In this document: one piece after another, positions 46,550 through 56,953 of the stretch
How the letters are laid out: each line of letters opens with the position of its first letter
Numbering within the stretch: the stretch's first letter is position 1
Assembly (NCBI GenBank): GCA_051532055.1
Contig: JAOPTX010000038.1
Coordinates: 1 to 64,000, forward strand
Source: Fibrobacterales bacterium
GTDB taxonomy: Bacteria > Fibrobacterota > Fibrobacteria > Fibrobacterales > JAOPTW01
DNA: 64,000 nt
Direction of reading: 5' to 3'
Notes under the pieces: generated by a model
What the model saw: the letters and a program-made list of their open reading frames with translations, nothing else
Told to the model about the DNA's origin: nothing
Database searches by the model: none
Position numbers and translations under genes: made by a program

Positions 46550-48877
46550 GTGCATTTTTTGCAAAAAAAAGGTTTTCTGAAGTTACTTCTTATGACTCTA
46601 CTTTTAAGTAGTGGAGTGTTTGGGCAGGTTACGTTCTCATTTATCAATAATGAGAACGATTTAATATCAGAGCAAAACCTTTATTTTTATACAGAGCCTT
46701 TAGACAGAATGACAATTAACGATGTGACTCATCTCAGAGACTCATTTCATCGTTTATCTCCGCTTGATATTCCTCGTCACTTGTCGTTGCCCCTTTGGAC
46801 AAAATTCTACTTTCAAAATACAACACTACAAGAGCAAACATTTATACTTCATCGAATTATGGGGAGTGATACTGAGCTTGATTACTACGTAGAACGCAAA
46901 AATAAAACGGTAGAGCACTTTAAATCGGGAGGTGTACTTCCTTACTCTGAACGACAGATTGCAGTTGGAAATGGAATTCGTTTTACGATGCAGGCAGGGG
47001 AAACAGTAACAGTTTTTACCCGAGTTGTAAATCATTATCTATTCAGAGCAGGCTTCATTGTCCATAGTGAGGGCTATGACAAAGTCTTTTTGAATGGTGA
47101 AAGTAAAAAGTATCTCTTTATTTTATCACTTCTTATTGGTGTTCTTCTCGTGAATGGAATTATTGCCTCCATCTTTAGGGCAATGAGATTTGTATTTTAT
47201 CTTGGCGGCATACTGTTGTTTGTTTCCTCCACTATGATATATTCTGGATTTGTGCCTTACTTTATGCCGTATATAAATGGCGGATGGAGCAATGCTCTTC
47301 CAGTATTACAGGCAGGAATGACTATACTCTTCTTGCTTTTCACAAAGCATTTTTTACAAAAGCTTTCGAGTCAAAAGGGGCATGTTTATTTTCTTGTAAT
47401 TACAATATCTCTTTGGTTGGTGACTGCATTAATTGCTCTGACAGAGTCAAGGCAACATCTTTTTTATCCACAACTGATTTTGTCGGTGATCTCTTATTCT
47501 TGGATGATCCTATCTGGATTACTTTATATTAAAATCAATCGATATAATGCAGTACGGTATCTACTTTCAATAGCGTTAATGGCATTTCTCCATCTGTATT
47601 ATTTCGGGCTTCTTCTTGGGTTGTTTCCCTATGGTGAGGTGAATTATTTGTGGGTTGTAGTGCTCCTGGTTGCTCAGGTAACTCTCTTTTCATTCAGTAT
47701 GATCCAGAAAGATATTCGTGATGCGGTAGTAGACATGCAAGCAAAATATGCCCTCAATCGACAACGACAGATGTTTCTTAGAAATATAAGTCATGAACTG
47801 CGTACTCCAATCAATGGGGTTGTTGGAGCTATTGAATTACTTCTTAGAACTAAAAAGACACCGCATCAACATGAGTTACTTGACTCTGCTGATCAGGCCA
47901 TGCAAAAAATAATGTCAGTAGTTAATGACTTTGTTGAAGTCGCCATCAGTGACGGCCGTTTTTTACAGATTAAAAAAGATCCTTATGATTTCTTATACGA
48001 AGTGAGTGGAGTTCTTGGTTCATTGGAGAAGTTAGCTATTGTAAAAGGGCTTCGTTTTGAGAAGCTTCTTCCCAAAAAAGTGGATAATTATTTAATTGGG
48101 GACGCTAAGAGAGTGATGTTTTTAATTACTCGCTTAATTTCCCTTTCGATAAAGTATACCTCACATGGATTCGTAAAATTAATATGCGAAGTTGAAGAAA
48201 CAGTAGATGGATCAATAGAGGTTCATTTTATCATTCAAGATTCAGGTACAACTCCAGCAGGTGAGTTTTTAAGTATCACTAAAGAAAAAAGTACTCATGA
48301 TGAGAGTGATGTTAAAGTGGCAGAGAATTATCTTTTTGTTCAATTAGTTGAATTGGTAAATGCACAGGTCTGGTATGAACCTTTAGATTTTAATGGCGAT
48401 ACTATTGGCACTGAATATCATATGATAATTGAGCAGGGAAAAGGAGATGAGTGCCTGCATGAAGAGTCTCTTATTCATAAGTCTCCTACAATAACAAAAG
48501 GGCTCTCAGTACTCGTTGCTGAAGATGATTTAGTTAATCAAAAAATAATTTCAAAAACCCTCGAAAACTTAAATCACAAATTTCGAATTGTAGGCAATGG
48601 CTCTGAATGTGTTAAAGAGTGGATGCAGAATAAGTATGATCTAATATTGATGGATATTCAAATGCCAGTAATGAATGGCTTTGAGGCGGCTCTAGAAATC
48701 CGACTTCGAGAAAAAAAGTCAGAAGTTTTCAAACATATTCCAATTATCGCTCTTTCTGCACGAGAGGAGTTGTATATGCATAATGAATGTAAACGGAATG
48801 GCATTAATAGTTATCTGCCAAAGCCATTCAAAATGGAACAGCTTGAAGCAGAAATTGAAAGTTTTTTTAAGATGTAA
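46550..48877 (+). CDS. 7TM-DISM hybrid sensor kinase/receiver with degenerate HATPase domain
   Basis: DISMED2-like periplasmic region, 7 TM segments, H-box SHELRTPING, receiver AEDD...DLILMDIQMP...KP; upstream TG-n-TATAAT at 46512-46520. Confidence 0.88.
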   Translation: MHFLQKKGFLKLLLMTLLLSSGVFGQVTFSFINNENDLISEQNLYFYTEPLDRMTINDVTHLRDSFHRLSPLDIPRHLSLPLWTKFYFQNTTLQEQTFILHRIMGSDTELDYYVERKNKTVEHFKSGGVLPYSERQIAVGNGIRFTMQAGETVTVFTRVVNHYLFRAGFIVHSEGYDKVFLNGESKKYLFILSLLIGVLLVNGIIASIFRAMRFVFYLGGILLFVSSTMIYSGFVPYFMPYINGGWSNALPVLQAGMTILFLLFTKHFLQKLSSQKGHVYFLVITISLWLVTALIALTESRQHLFYPQLILSVISYSWMILSGLLYIKINRYNAVRYLLSIALMAFLHLYYFGLLLGLFPYGEVNYLWVVVLLVAQVTLFSFSMIQKDIRDAVVDMQAKYALNRQRQMFLRNISHELRTPINGVVGAIELLLRTKKTPHQHELLDSADQAMQKIMSVVNDFVEVAISDGRFLQIKKDPYDFLYEVSGVLGSLEKLAIVKGLRFEKLLPKKVDNYLIGDAKRVMFLITRLISLSIKYTSHGFVKLICEVEETVDGSIEVHFIIQDSGTTPAGEFLSITKEKSTHDESDVKVAENYLFVQLVELVNAQVWYEPLDFNGDTIGTEYHMIIEQGKGDECLHEESLIHKSPTITKGLSVLVAEDDLVNQKIISKTLENLNHKFRIVGNGSECVKEWMQNKYDLILMDIQMPVMNGFEAALEIRLREKKSEVFKHIPIIALSAREELYMHNECKRNGINSYLPKPFKMEQLEAEIESFFKM

Positions 48878-49109
48878 ATTTACAAAATCAGCAATTTCTT
48901 TGTGGTGTCAAAAATTTAGTCATGCCAAATTTTTATCCACAGACTTTAATTTTACTTAATTCGCAATGTTCCGTTGAGGAATTAATACGCTTAAATAATA
49001 AATTTTATAAATCAATTTATAATGAAATGACTGGGTTGAAATAATCTATTTCTAATAGATAAAGGGATATGAGTTCCCGATAACTGAATGAGAAGCGTGG
49101 GGGCGCATT

Positions 49110-52100
49110 ATGAAAAGGATACTTTTCATAATGATAGGAATACTACTGATAGCAATACCAGCGGATTCATTTGGGAAACATCATAATAGACATGATACAC
49201 ATAGAGAGGCTCATTATGAGTATCAAGAGAATAGTATTACACTCAGAAATTCAAGAGGGTTATTGTTTTCTAAAAAATCAAAACCTGAACTTTGTATTGT
49301 ATTAAATCATAAAAATATAAAACCGGTACTTTGTGTGCCAATTTCACGGAGACATTTTTTGCAACAACGAATCATTAAGATAACTCTTGATGATACTGTC
49401 GCATCGGTATTCAAAGAACACTATAATTCTGAGAATGATTATTATGTTGTTTTCCAAAAGAGGCCATTCAAGAAACATAAAAGAGCCAAGGTGGGGCCAT
49501 GTATTCCTCTTGTTGTTAATGGGTATATTCCAGGTGTGAGCTCTTCGTATGAATCCCCTGAGTCTTCAGATGAGCACCCTTCCAGTAGTCATATATTAGA
49601 GTCTAGTTCGATTTCCTCTTCAGATGCATTTTCCTCATCAAGTGAAGTACCTCCAGTAGCATCAAGTTCTCTTATGTCTTCATCCGTCATCTCCATTTCA
49701 TCGAGTGAGTTGGTTAGTGTATCAAGTAGCGGTGCTATAGAGTCAAGTTCAATGACCTCTTCTGTTGCATTTTCCTCATCAGGTGAAGTGCCTCCAATTG
49801 TATCAAGTTCTTTTATGTCTTCATCCGTTGTCTTCATTTCATCGAGTGAATTGGTTAGCGTATCAAGTAGCGATGCTATAGAATCAAGTTCAATTACCTC
49901 TTCCGTAACGATTATTTCTTCGAGTAGCGCAGTTGTCGAAGTAAGTTCAGGTACGGTATTCTCAAGAGCAGAATCGTCATCTTTCACATCAAGTGCAGCG
50001 AAGCATCCTAAGGAAAGTAGTACATATCAGAAAGTTTCACTTTCTTCAAGTAGTGGGCATAGTGAGGAATTGCAATCTGTTGAGGTCTCCCCCAGCTCAG
50101 TAAGCCAGATTGAAGAACTTATGAGTTCATCAAGTGAAGAAGTGAAACTTTCTTTTATTATTGACTCAGGTGCAACTTGGGTTTCAAATGCACGGTATAA
50201 TGCGTCTCTTGAGAAACTTGTAATTAAATTGTCCCAGCCAATTACTGTTCTTTCACAAAGTGTGCTGGTAGACTTTAGGGGGGAATCGCATAACTTTGTT
50301 GCAATTATGGGTGCCTCCGAGACGTTTTCAGTTAATTGGTACAATAAGTATAGTAGTGAGTGTGTCTATATAACTCAAGATCAAATTAATATTGGTGCAG
50401 ATAATCAGGTGACAGTTCTGTTGAGTAAAGAACAAATTTCTGCTGTAGGAATGAGTGCTCGACGTTTCAATGCCGATTATTTTGAAAATGTAAAACTTTT
50501 TATTCCGCAAGAATCATTTGTATCAGGCAATAAATTGAATGATATAGTGGTTGTGTCGGTAAAAATTGAAGGGACAGTTTCTTTACCTAAGCTGCCACCC
50601 TCGCGACCTCCTGTCATCGATATCATAAGTGGGGAAGGTATAGCCTATTTCGAGGCACAGGATAACTGGAAAGAATTTAAAATACTTACTCGGAAATTAG
50701 CCCAACGTCAAACAGGAACAGGTGCATTTAAAATGTCGAGCATTGCCGAAAATAGTGAAGGTTTTATGCCGTCTGAATTAGAGTATCAGCCTATTGAACC
50801 GGGGAAAGTCACCTATATTCAGGGTGGGTATACCTACTTTATTGCACAAACTCAGGAAGGACTTGGTATGAGTGATCCCATTGTGATAAACTCAGATGAC
50901 TATCCTTCATTAAATATTTCCATAGAACAAAATGGTTCAGCATTTAGGCTTTGGTTCATTTCGGGTGCCCTTGTTGAGTCAGAAAATGTTGTATTTGAAT
51001 TTACCGTTTATGATTTGAAAACAGAAAACATTATACGCACCTCTGATTATTATACCCAATCCTATACCGATTTTTATCCAATGTCACCAGGTACTTATTA
51101 TGTTCATGGAAGTATTGTGAGTCTTGATAATGCACCTGATTTTGATTCAACTCAGTTTATTATTGATACTGTATTTACGGTTGACTCTTTGAATATGCTT
51201 TCACTTAAAAGGGATCAATGGTATATGATGACTTTTGGTGGTGGAGAGTTTGTTCCCAAAGAAAATGGTATTTCTGGGGCGCTATTTAAATGGTGTGAAG
51301 ATGATCGAAGTATCGGAGTATATGAAAAATATCGCACGGGTCAAGAATTGGACATAATTGAGCCAGGGCAAGCAAGTTGGGTAAACACTCTTGCTGATAT
51401 GACATTACACACAGAGTTTGCTCAAGGGCCTATAGACGTGGATCTATTATGGAACGGAACTGGTTGGAATCAAATTGGAAATCCTTACACTTATGATATT
51501 CCTGTGTCTGCTTTTAGTGAAGAACTGGAATTCATTACCTGGGAAAAAGGTCGATATTTCATAGCAAAATATCTAAAGCCAAATGAAGGTTATTGGGTCT
51601 ATACGCGTCATCCACAACGAATTACAATAGATAATAAGCCCTTCTTTGAATCAGATGAATATCTTGTTAAGCATCTTACGTACAAAAAAGGATTTGATAT
51701 TGATGAGTGGAAAATGCAAATTAAATTGACTACGAGTGATGACCTTTTCAGTGATGACCTGAATGAAATAGGCGTTATGCGAGATGCACAAGTTGGTTTT
51801 GATGAGTATGATAAACCAGAAATTCCGTTGCCAATTGGTGATGTTACGTATCTGTCGTTTGCTCGTGAGTCACAATTGCTTCGCACCGATATTCAAACAA
51901 GTGGTCAAGATATATATTATTGGGACTGTATCCTGTCAACGACATTGAGAGGAGGTGTACAAGGCTCCCTGGAGTTCGAAGGGATAGAGTCTGTACGGGC
52001 GTTAGGCTATCGGGTTTATGTGGCTCAATATACGACGCTTACAGAGGTGATGGGGGCACGTTTTGCGTTCTCCATATCTAGCGGACATGCTTATACACTT

Positions 52101-52415
52101 ATTGTGAGTAAACATGCTCTTGATTCCAAAGAGTATCATGATGCCCATGTGGAAAAGGTATACAATTATCCTAACCCTGTTGTGAGTACTACGACAATTG
52201 TTATTCAAACAGCGAGTGATCTGACTGAAAGTACAATGGAATTCAGTATGTATCGGAGTAATGGGGAGAAAGTATACGGAGAGAGACTTCCTTATAGTAG
52301 TACTATCTATTTTGATGTGACACAATACAGACACACACTTAAAGGTGGAAACTATTTCTACGAAATTGTTGTGGGTAACAAATCCTTTACGGGGTATATG
52401 ACTATACTTCCATAA
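49110..52415 (+). CDS. Large secreted protein with Ser-rich repeat and T9SS-type-A-like C-terminal sorting domain
   Basis: Signal peptide, GWNQIGNPY, C-terminal VYNYPNP...NGEKV...GGNYFYEI. Confidence 0.75.
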   Translation: MKRILFIMIGILLIAIPADSFGKHHNRHDTHREAHYEYQENSITLRNSRGLLFSKKSKPELCIVLNHKNIKPVLCVPISRRHFLQQRIIKITLDDTVASVFKEHYNSENDYYVVFQKRPFKKHKRAKVGPCIPLVVNGYIPGVSSSYESPESSDEHPSSSHILESSSISSSDAFSSSSEVPPVASSSLMSSSVISISSSELVSVSSSGAIESSSMTSSVAFSSSGEVPPIVSSSFMSSSVVFISSSELVSVSSSDAIESSSITSSVTIISSSSAVVEVSSGTVFSRAESSSFTSSAAKHPKESSTYQKVSLSSSSGHSEELQSVEVSPSSVSQIEELMSSSSEEVKLSFIIDSGATWVSNARYNASLEKLVIKLSQPITVLSQSVLVDFRGESHNFVAIMGASETFSVNWYNKYSSECVYITQDQINIGADNQVTVLLSKEQISAVGMSARRFNADYFENVKLFIPQESFVSGNKLNDIVVVSVKIEGTVSLPKLPPSRPPVIDIISGEGIAYFEAQDNWKEFKILTRKLAQRQTGTGAFKMSSIAENSEGFMPSELEYQPIEPGKVTYIQGGYTYFIAQTQEGLGMSDPIVINSDDYPSLNISIEQNGSAFRLWFISGALVESENVVFEFTVYDLKTENIIRTSDYYTQSYTDFYPMSPGTYYVHGSIVSLDNAPDFDSTQFIIDTVFTVDSLNMLSLKRDQWYMMTFGGGEFVPKENGISGALFKWCEDDRSIGVYEKYRTGQELDIIEPGQASWVNTLADMTLHTEFAQGPIDVDLLWNGTGWNQIGNPYTYDIPVSAFSEELEFITWEKGRYFIAKYLKPNEGYWVYTRHPQRITIDNKPFFESDEYLVKHLTYKKGFDIDEWKMQIKLTTSDDLFSDDLNEIGVMRDAQVGFDEYDKPEIPLPIGDVTYLSFARESQLLRTDIQTSGQDIYYWDCILSTTLRGGVQGSLEFEGIESVRALGYRVYVAQYTTLTEVMGARFAFSISSGHAYTLIVSKHALDSKEYHDAHVEKVYNYPNPVVSTTTIVIQTASDLTESTMEFSMYRSNGEKVYGERLPYSSTIYFDVTQYRHTLKGGNYFYEIVVGNKSFTGYMTILP
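49599..49906 (+). repeat. 141-bp (47-aa) in-frame tandem duplication, ~2.2 copies
   Basis: Units start at 49599, 49740 and 49881 (ESSS...SSSxAI). Confidence 0.9.
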
Positions 52416-52427
52416 TTAATAACGCTA

Positions 52428-53471
52428 CTATTGTATAGGTGGTAAAATAAGCATTCCATCACCATAGGAAAAAAGTTTCATAGAGTGTTCTATTGCATAG
52501 GCGTAGGCTGCTTTTGTTTTGTCGCTTCCATAAAAAGCCGCGACTAAAAGAACTAATGATGATTTAGGCCAGTGGAAATTTGTGAGGAGGCCAGTGACCA
52601 CTTTCCATTGATACCCTGGATATATATAGGCGTGAGTAATTCCCGAACCAGGCTGTACAATACCATCTGAGTCAGCGACGGTCTCTAGTACGCGGGTACT
52701 TGTTGTGCCGACTGTTATGATACGTCCACCTTTGGCTTTACATTTATTAATGCGGTCTGCGTTTTCAGGGGTGATTTCGTATCGTTCTCCGTGCATGCTG
52801 TGTTTGGTGAAGTCATCGTGTTCTATATTTGAAAAAGTTCCAGGTCCAACATGAAGAGTGACTTCGGCTACTGAGGTCCCCTTTTTTTTGAGCGCCTCCA
52901 TCATCGCGTGTGAGAAGTGGAGGCTCGCCGTTGGAGCGGCCACTGCTCCTTCATGCTTTGCAAAAATAGTTTGGTAACTCTCTTTATCATGGTCTGTTGA
53001 TTCACGATTAATATAGGGGGGGAGAGGGACATGCCCCTCCTCTTGGATGGCTTTTGAAAATGTTTCATAATCCGAGTCAAATGAGAGAATTCGTGAACCA
53101 TCGTCTTGAATGGTTTCAACGCGTGCGGACATGCCGGCTAGGGTAACTTCGGCGCCTTGCTTAAAGGCTTTACCGGGCTTTACCCATGCTTCCCAGCAGA
53201 GACCTTCTCGTTCTGGCTTTGGTTCAATGAGAAGAATTTCGACTTTACCACCACTACTACGCGACCCTTTAAGGCGAGCGGGGATCACTTTAGTATTGTT
53301 TACCACTAAACAATCTTCAGGCTGAATAAACGAGAGTATGTCACAAGCTTTAACAATATGAAGGTCTGTGGAGTTTGAGGTCGCGACTAGTATATTAGAG
53401 GCGCCACGTTCCTGGGCTTCGGTTGCTATTAGTTCTTCGGGGAAGGAGTAGTCAAAGTCACTGAGTTTCAA
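52428..53471 (-). CDS. queA: S-adenosylmethionine:tRNA ribosyltransferase-isomerase
   Basis: FDYSFPEELIA, VNNTKVIPARL, PLPPYI, AAPTASLHF, TLHVGPGTF, TNFH.PKS, FSYGDGM. Confidence 0.97.
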   Translation of the reverse strand: MKLSDFDYSFPEELIATEAQERGASNILVATSNSTDLHIVKACDILSFIQPEDCLVVNNTKVIPARLKGSRSSGGKVEILLIEPKPEREGLCWEAWVKPGKAFKQGAEVTLAGMSARVETIQDDGSRILSFDSDYETFSKAIQEEGHVPLPPYINRESTDHDKESYQTIFAKHEGAVAAPTASLHFSHAMMEALKKKGTSVAEVTLHVGPGTFSNIEHDDFTKHSMHGERYEITPENADRINKCKAKGGRIITVGTTSTRVLETVADSDGIVQPGSGITHAYIYPGYQWKVVTGLLTNFHWPKSSLVLLVAAFYGSDKTKAAYAYAIEHSMKLFSYGDGMLILPPIQ

Positions 53472-54944
53472 TTAGGGTGTCTCTTTTGTTGGTACAGTTT
53501 TAAGCGAATCAACCTCAGTACGGAGTCTCAGAATCTCTACATTGAGTTCTTCTAAACTAAGAGGTTGCTGTAGGGTGTCGGACGGTGTTGCATCATCTGA
53601 CGTGGTGATAGCGGAAATGGTATTATCAATTACTGTAGAGCGATCCATAGAGCCAAGGACTTGTTTGGCAGTCTCAACCACTTGTAAATCACTGTCCTGA
53701 GTCATAGGCTTGATAGCGTTATAGGCACCTCGTGTTCCTATGTGGCTCAGTGCAAAAATCGCCTCACGCTTCACTTCTGTATGAGTGCTGCGTAGTGCTG
53801 CTTTTAGCGGCGGTACAAAGGCTGCTGATTTACTATAGCCAACAATTTTAATAGCATGGATTCTAAAGTCTGGGTCAATAGTTTGTTGTTCAGTTAAGTT
53901 GGTAAGTGTTCGTATGCTTGCATCTTTAAAGCTTAAGATGCTATCCTGTAGTGATTGAATTTTCTTTGGGTCGTAGGCAGGAGATTTGTAGAGTGCAATA
54001 ATTTCTTTGATGATCGACTCAATCTCTTTCTCTTGAATACGCATTTCTTCAGCTTTGGGGCCAACAAGACTGAGGAGCTGTTCTTCTGCTCGATTGAGTC
54101 GCGCCGTAACATTGTCGTTTGTTGTAAGGATCGCTTTTTGTTTTTGTTCTAATTGATCGAGTTGCATAGTCATTGTACTCGTTTCATCTTCTTTCATCCA
54201 GCCTGATATACTAATACTTGCATAGAGTGTGGGGGTATTAAATAGGCTGGTGTTGGTTGGTTCAGCAGAGGTGTAAAAACCGATTTCTTCATTTTGGTAG
54301 AACCACTCTGTTACTTCGGCCATGCCGACTGATATTCTAAAATCATTATGATAGCGCCATGAAAGTCCGAGACTTTGATGCCATTTTTCTTTACGTTGAT
54401 AGGCTTCGATATCAATGCTGAAACCACTGAGAAGTGTCTGTTCTACGCCGACATACATGTCTGCACTCCCCTGATTGAGATCGGGGGCTATAGTTACACC
54501 AGTATGAAATTTAGTCATACCTAATATGTTTTTGGTAAGTGCGACAAATACTTGGCCTTCGAAGTCATTATGTACTGAATCAGGTACACCATAGAAATGA
54601 GCCTCTCTTGATGCCAGTACATCTTGTGCGCCGAAAGAGAGTGAAGGTAAAAAGGTCTCTTCGCGTAGAATTTGGGCTTTTAAAAAGAGTGATACACTTC
54701 GTCCATAATTTATACCCACTTCACCACGATTGAAAAGGCCAAAATAGACGCCGGTATTGTAAGGATAGATTGTTTCATCATTCCCTTCCTTATTGATAGT
54801 ACCATAAGAGAGTTGCCCTTTTACCTGATACATTCCGTGCCCCAAGAGCTCAGCTGTTGGGATATTGGGGAGCGCAGTCTCCATAGATGCCCAGAGACTT
54901 TGTACCAGAATTAGAACTACACTAGCGTAGCTGTACCATTTCAT
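53472..54944 (-). CDS. Exported protein: predicted beta-barrel (YjbH-like) + coiled coil + HEAT repeats
   Basis: Signal peptide, NIPTAELL, amphipathic beta-strands, and HEAT-like RIHAIKIVG and VKREAIFALSHIG. Confidence 0.65.
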   Translation of the reverse strand: MKWYSYASVVLILVQSLWASMETALPNIPTAELLGHGMYQVKGQLSYGTINKEGNDETIYPYNTGVYFGLFNRGEVGINYGRSVSLFLKAQILREETFLPSLSFGAQDVLASREAHFYGVPDSVHNDFEGQVFVALTKNILGMTKFHTGVTIAPDLNQGSADMYVGVEQTLLSGFSIDIEAYQRKEKWHQSLGLSWRYHNDFRISVGMAEVTEWFYQNEEIGFYTSAEPTNTSLFNTPTLYASISISGWMKEDETSTMTMQLDQLEQKQKAILTTNDNVTARLNRAEEQLLSLVGPKAEEMRIQEKEIESIIKEIIALYKSPAYDPKKIQSLQDSILSFKDASIRTLTNLTEQQTIDPDFRIHAIKIVGYSKSAAFVPPLKAALRSTHTEVKREAIFALSHIGTRGAYNAIKPMTQDSDLQVVETAKQVLGSMDRSTVIDNTISAITTSDDATPSDTLQQPLSLEELNVEILRLRTEVDSLKTVPTKETP

Positions 54945-55626
54945 ACAACACCTTCACTTCTGAGTCGGTCAGTGGTCGACACTTCCGCTCTTCGAGGTCC
55001 CGTAGCTCAATATTTCCATATGAGACACGTTTCAAATCTATAACTTCATACCCAACAGCGCTCATCATTCTACGGATTTCACGCTTTTTTCCCTCTCTTA
55101 GTATCATTTCGACATTTTTGCCCTGAAACTTTACCTCTGCGGGACGGGTCTTCTCGTTTTCATCAATTAAAACACCATTTTGGAGCTTGTGTGCAGAGCG
55201 TTCATCAAATATTTTATCGAGACGTACTTCATAGGTACGAGGAATATCATATGAAGGGTGAGTAAGTCGGTGTATCAATTCACCATCACTACTCAGGAGC
55301 ATGAGGCCCCGACTATTAAGATCGAGACGTCCGATGTAGTTAAAATCTTTATACTCTAGGGGTAACAAGTCAAATATTGTTGGCCTGCCATGGGTATCTT
55401 TTTTGGAACAAACATAATTCTCTGGTTTATTAAAGAGAATAGTTCCAGTAATCTCGGTAGGGGTGAGCTGTTTACCATCCACAGTGACAATATCATCGGC
55501 TTTAATTTGCACTCCAGGTTCCGTTACAACTTCTCCATTAAGAGTGACGCGACCTTCTGTAATTAAGATGTCTGCGCCTCTTCGACTAGCGCTACTAGAC
55601 TGAGCTATATATTTATTAATTCTCAT
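54922..55626 (-). CDS. Pseudouridine synthase, RsuA/RluB family (S4 domain)
   Basis: MRINKYIA..SRRGAD, FNKP, GRLD, EGKKREIRRM. Confidence 0.93.
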   Translation of the reverse strand: MRINKYIAQSSSASRRGADILITEGRVTLNGEVVTEPGVQIKADDIVTVDGKQLTPTEITGTILFNKPENYVCSKKDTHGRPTIFDLLPLEYKDFNYIGRLDLNSRGLMLLSSDGELIHRLTHPSYDIPRTYEVRLDKIFDERSAHKLQNGVLIDENEKTRPAEVKFQGKNVEMILREGKKREIRRMMSAVGYEVIDLKRVSYGNIELRDLEERKCRPLTDSEVKVLYEMVQLR

Positions 55627-55629
55627 AGT

Positions 55630-56511
55630 TTACAAACTCTTAAGTAATGCACCATAGCGAAGGCCAAGTGTCGATATGGTTGCGGTATCAATGTCAAGTG
55701 CTTTGTAGCATCGCTCAATTACCTTTAGTCCGGGAATTATAATTTCGGATCGGCTGTCATCGAGTCCAGGGAGTTGCTCGCGAATATCATTTGACATATT
55801 ACCTAATGTGGTAATAAGATCTAATATTCCGCGTCGATTACACTGGTGCCCTTCGACACTTTCCATTTTAAATTCTGTCTGACCTTTTTCAATCATGGCA
55901 AGCGCCGTTGCGGTGCCCCCGATTAAAAAGAGTGGCTTTTTTTTATAGGCTTCTAATTCTTGGCCAGTGAGAATTGCGTCGATAAATTCTTTAATGTCAT
56001 CAGTCGGTATTTTTCCAAAGCGGTTTTTAAGATCCAGTGCTCCGAGTGGGAGTGAGAGTGCTTGTGTTCCATCGCACAGTTCAGTACTACCTGCGCCAAT
56101 ATCGAGCGAAATAAAATCTTCTATCTCATAGTGATTACTGATAGACTCCCATGTCCAGAGAGCTTCATCTTCACCTGAAAGGATGTCTGGCTCAAACATT
56201 AGAGTTTCTCGGACAGCAGAGAGGATTTCTTCTTTGTTTTTTGCTCTGCGGGTCGCTTCAGTTAATACAACTTTTACGAGTTTTGCACCAACATTGTGTA
56301 TTGTTTGGCGAAACTGAGTGAGTACTTTACGAGTTTGAGCAATACTTTCTGCAGTAGCCTTATCGGCACCACTTTGAACACCTTGTCCTAAACGACAGGT
56401 GCCAATTTTTTGAATCTTTGCTTCGAGTTTACCCTCGATTACTGTAGCAATCAGCAATAAAGCAGAGTTGGACCCAATGTCGATTGTGGCATACAGAGGT
56501 TGGCTACTCAT
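55630..56511 (-). CDS. Ppx/GppA phosphatase family protein (short form)
   Basis: ATIDIGSNS, LSGEDEA, LDIGAGSTE, GGTAT, GLRYG. Start is MSSQP at 56511. Confidence 0.88.
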   Translation of the reverse strand: MSSQPLYATIDIGSNSALLLIATVIEGKLEAKIQKIGTCRLGQGVQSGADKATAESIAQTRKVLTQFRQTIHNVGAKLVKVVLTEATRRAKNKEEILSAVRETLMFEPDILSGEDEALWTWESISNHYEIEDFISLDIGAGSTELCDGTQALSLPLGALDLKNRFGKIPTDDIKEFIDAILTGQELEAYKKKPLFLIGGTATALAMIEKGQTEFKMESVEGHQCNRRGILDLITTLGNMSNDIREQLPGLDDSRSEIIIPGLKVIERCYKALDIDTATISTLGLRYGALLKSL

Positions 56512-56839
56512 TAGCCGAGTCTTCTTTGTTAAAGAGGCGTTTACCAATTTCGGCGACTAAATCTTCTGGTTTTAAAATAAATTCTCTGGCATAGCCAACA
56601 ATTTCTTCAATAAACTCTGGGTAAAAGTCGGTACTTAATTGTTTTATAAATGGTCCACTTTGGGTGCCTGGGGCATTGCCCTCTTTGAGTTCTTTTGCCA
56701 TGATAAGGGCAAGTTTTATACCGAAGTTATAGGCCGAAGGCTCTTTCACATTGGCAAGAAGTTCATCAACTCGGGCGATTTGATCATCTATTGACTCTTT
56801 TTGAAGTGAATGTCGATATTCTTCTGGGATCTCCTGCAT
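56504..56839 (-). CDS. Hypothetical protein, first gene of the ppx-pseudouridine synthase-queA operon
   Basis: 111-aa ORF overlapping the next start by 8 nt; GAGAGAG upstream. Confidence 0.7.
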   Translation of the reverse strand: MQEIPEEYRHSLQKESIDDQIARVDELLANVKEPSAYNFGIKLALIMAKELKEGNAPGTQSGPFIKQLSTDFYPEFIEEIVGYAREFILKPEDLVAEIGKRLFNKEDSANE

Positions 56840-56953
56840 GCTCTCTCTTGTGATTTGTTTTTTATAAATATAGCTAATTAGAGAGTAGTTTCACGGAGTG
56901 ATTGTTGATCTATTATTGGGGGCCTCAAATGAGGCTCCCAAAGGGATAGAGAG

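Noticed and set aside
49060..49083. TAAAG...CCCGATAA sigma28-like promoter
   Set aside because: Spacer is 12 nt rather than 15.
49599..49906. Tandem repeat as a possible CRISPR array
   Set aside because: In-frame 141-bp coding duplication with no unique spacers and no cas genes.
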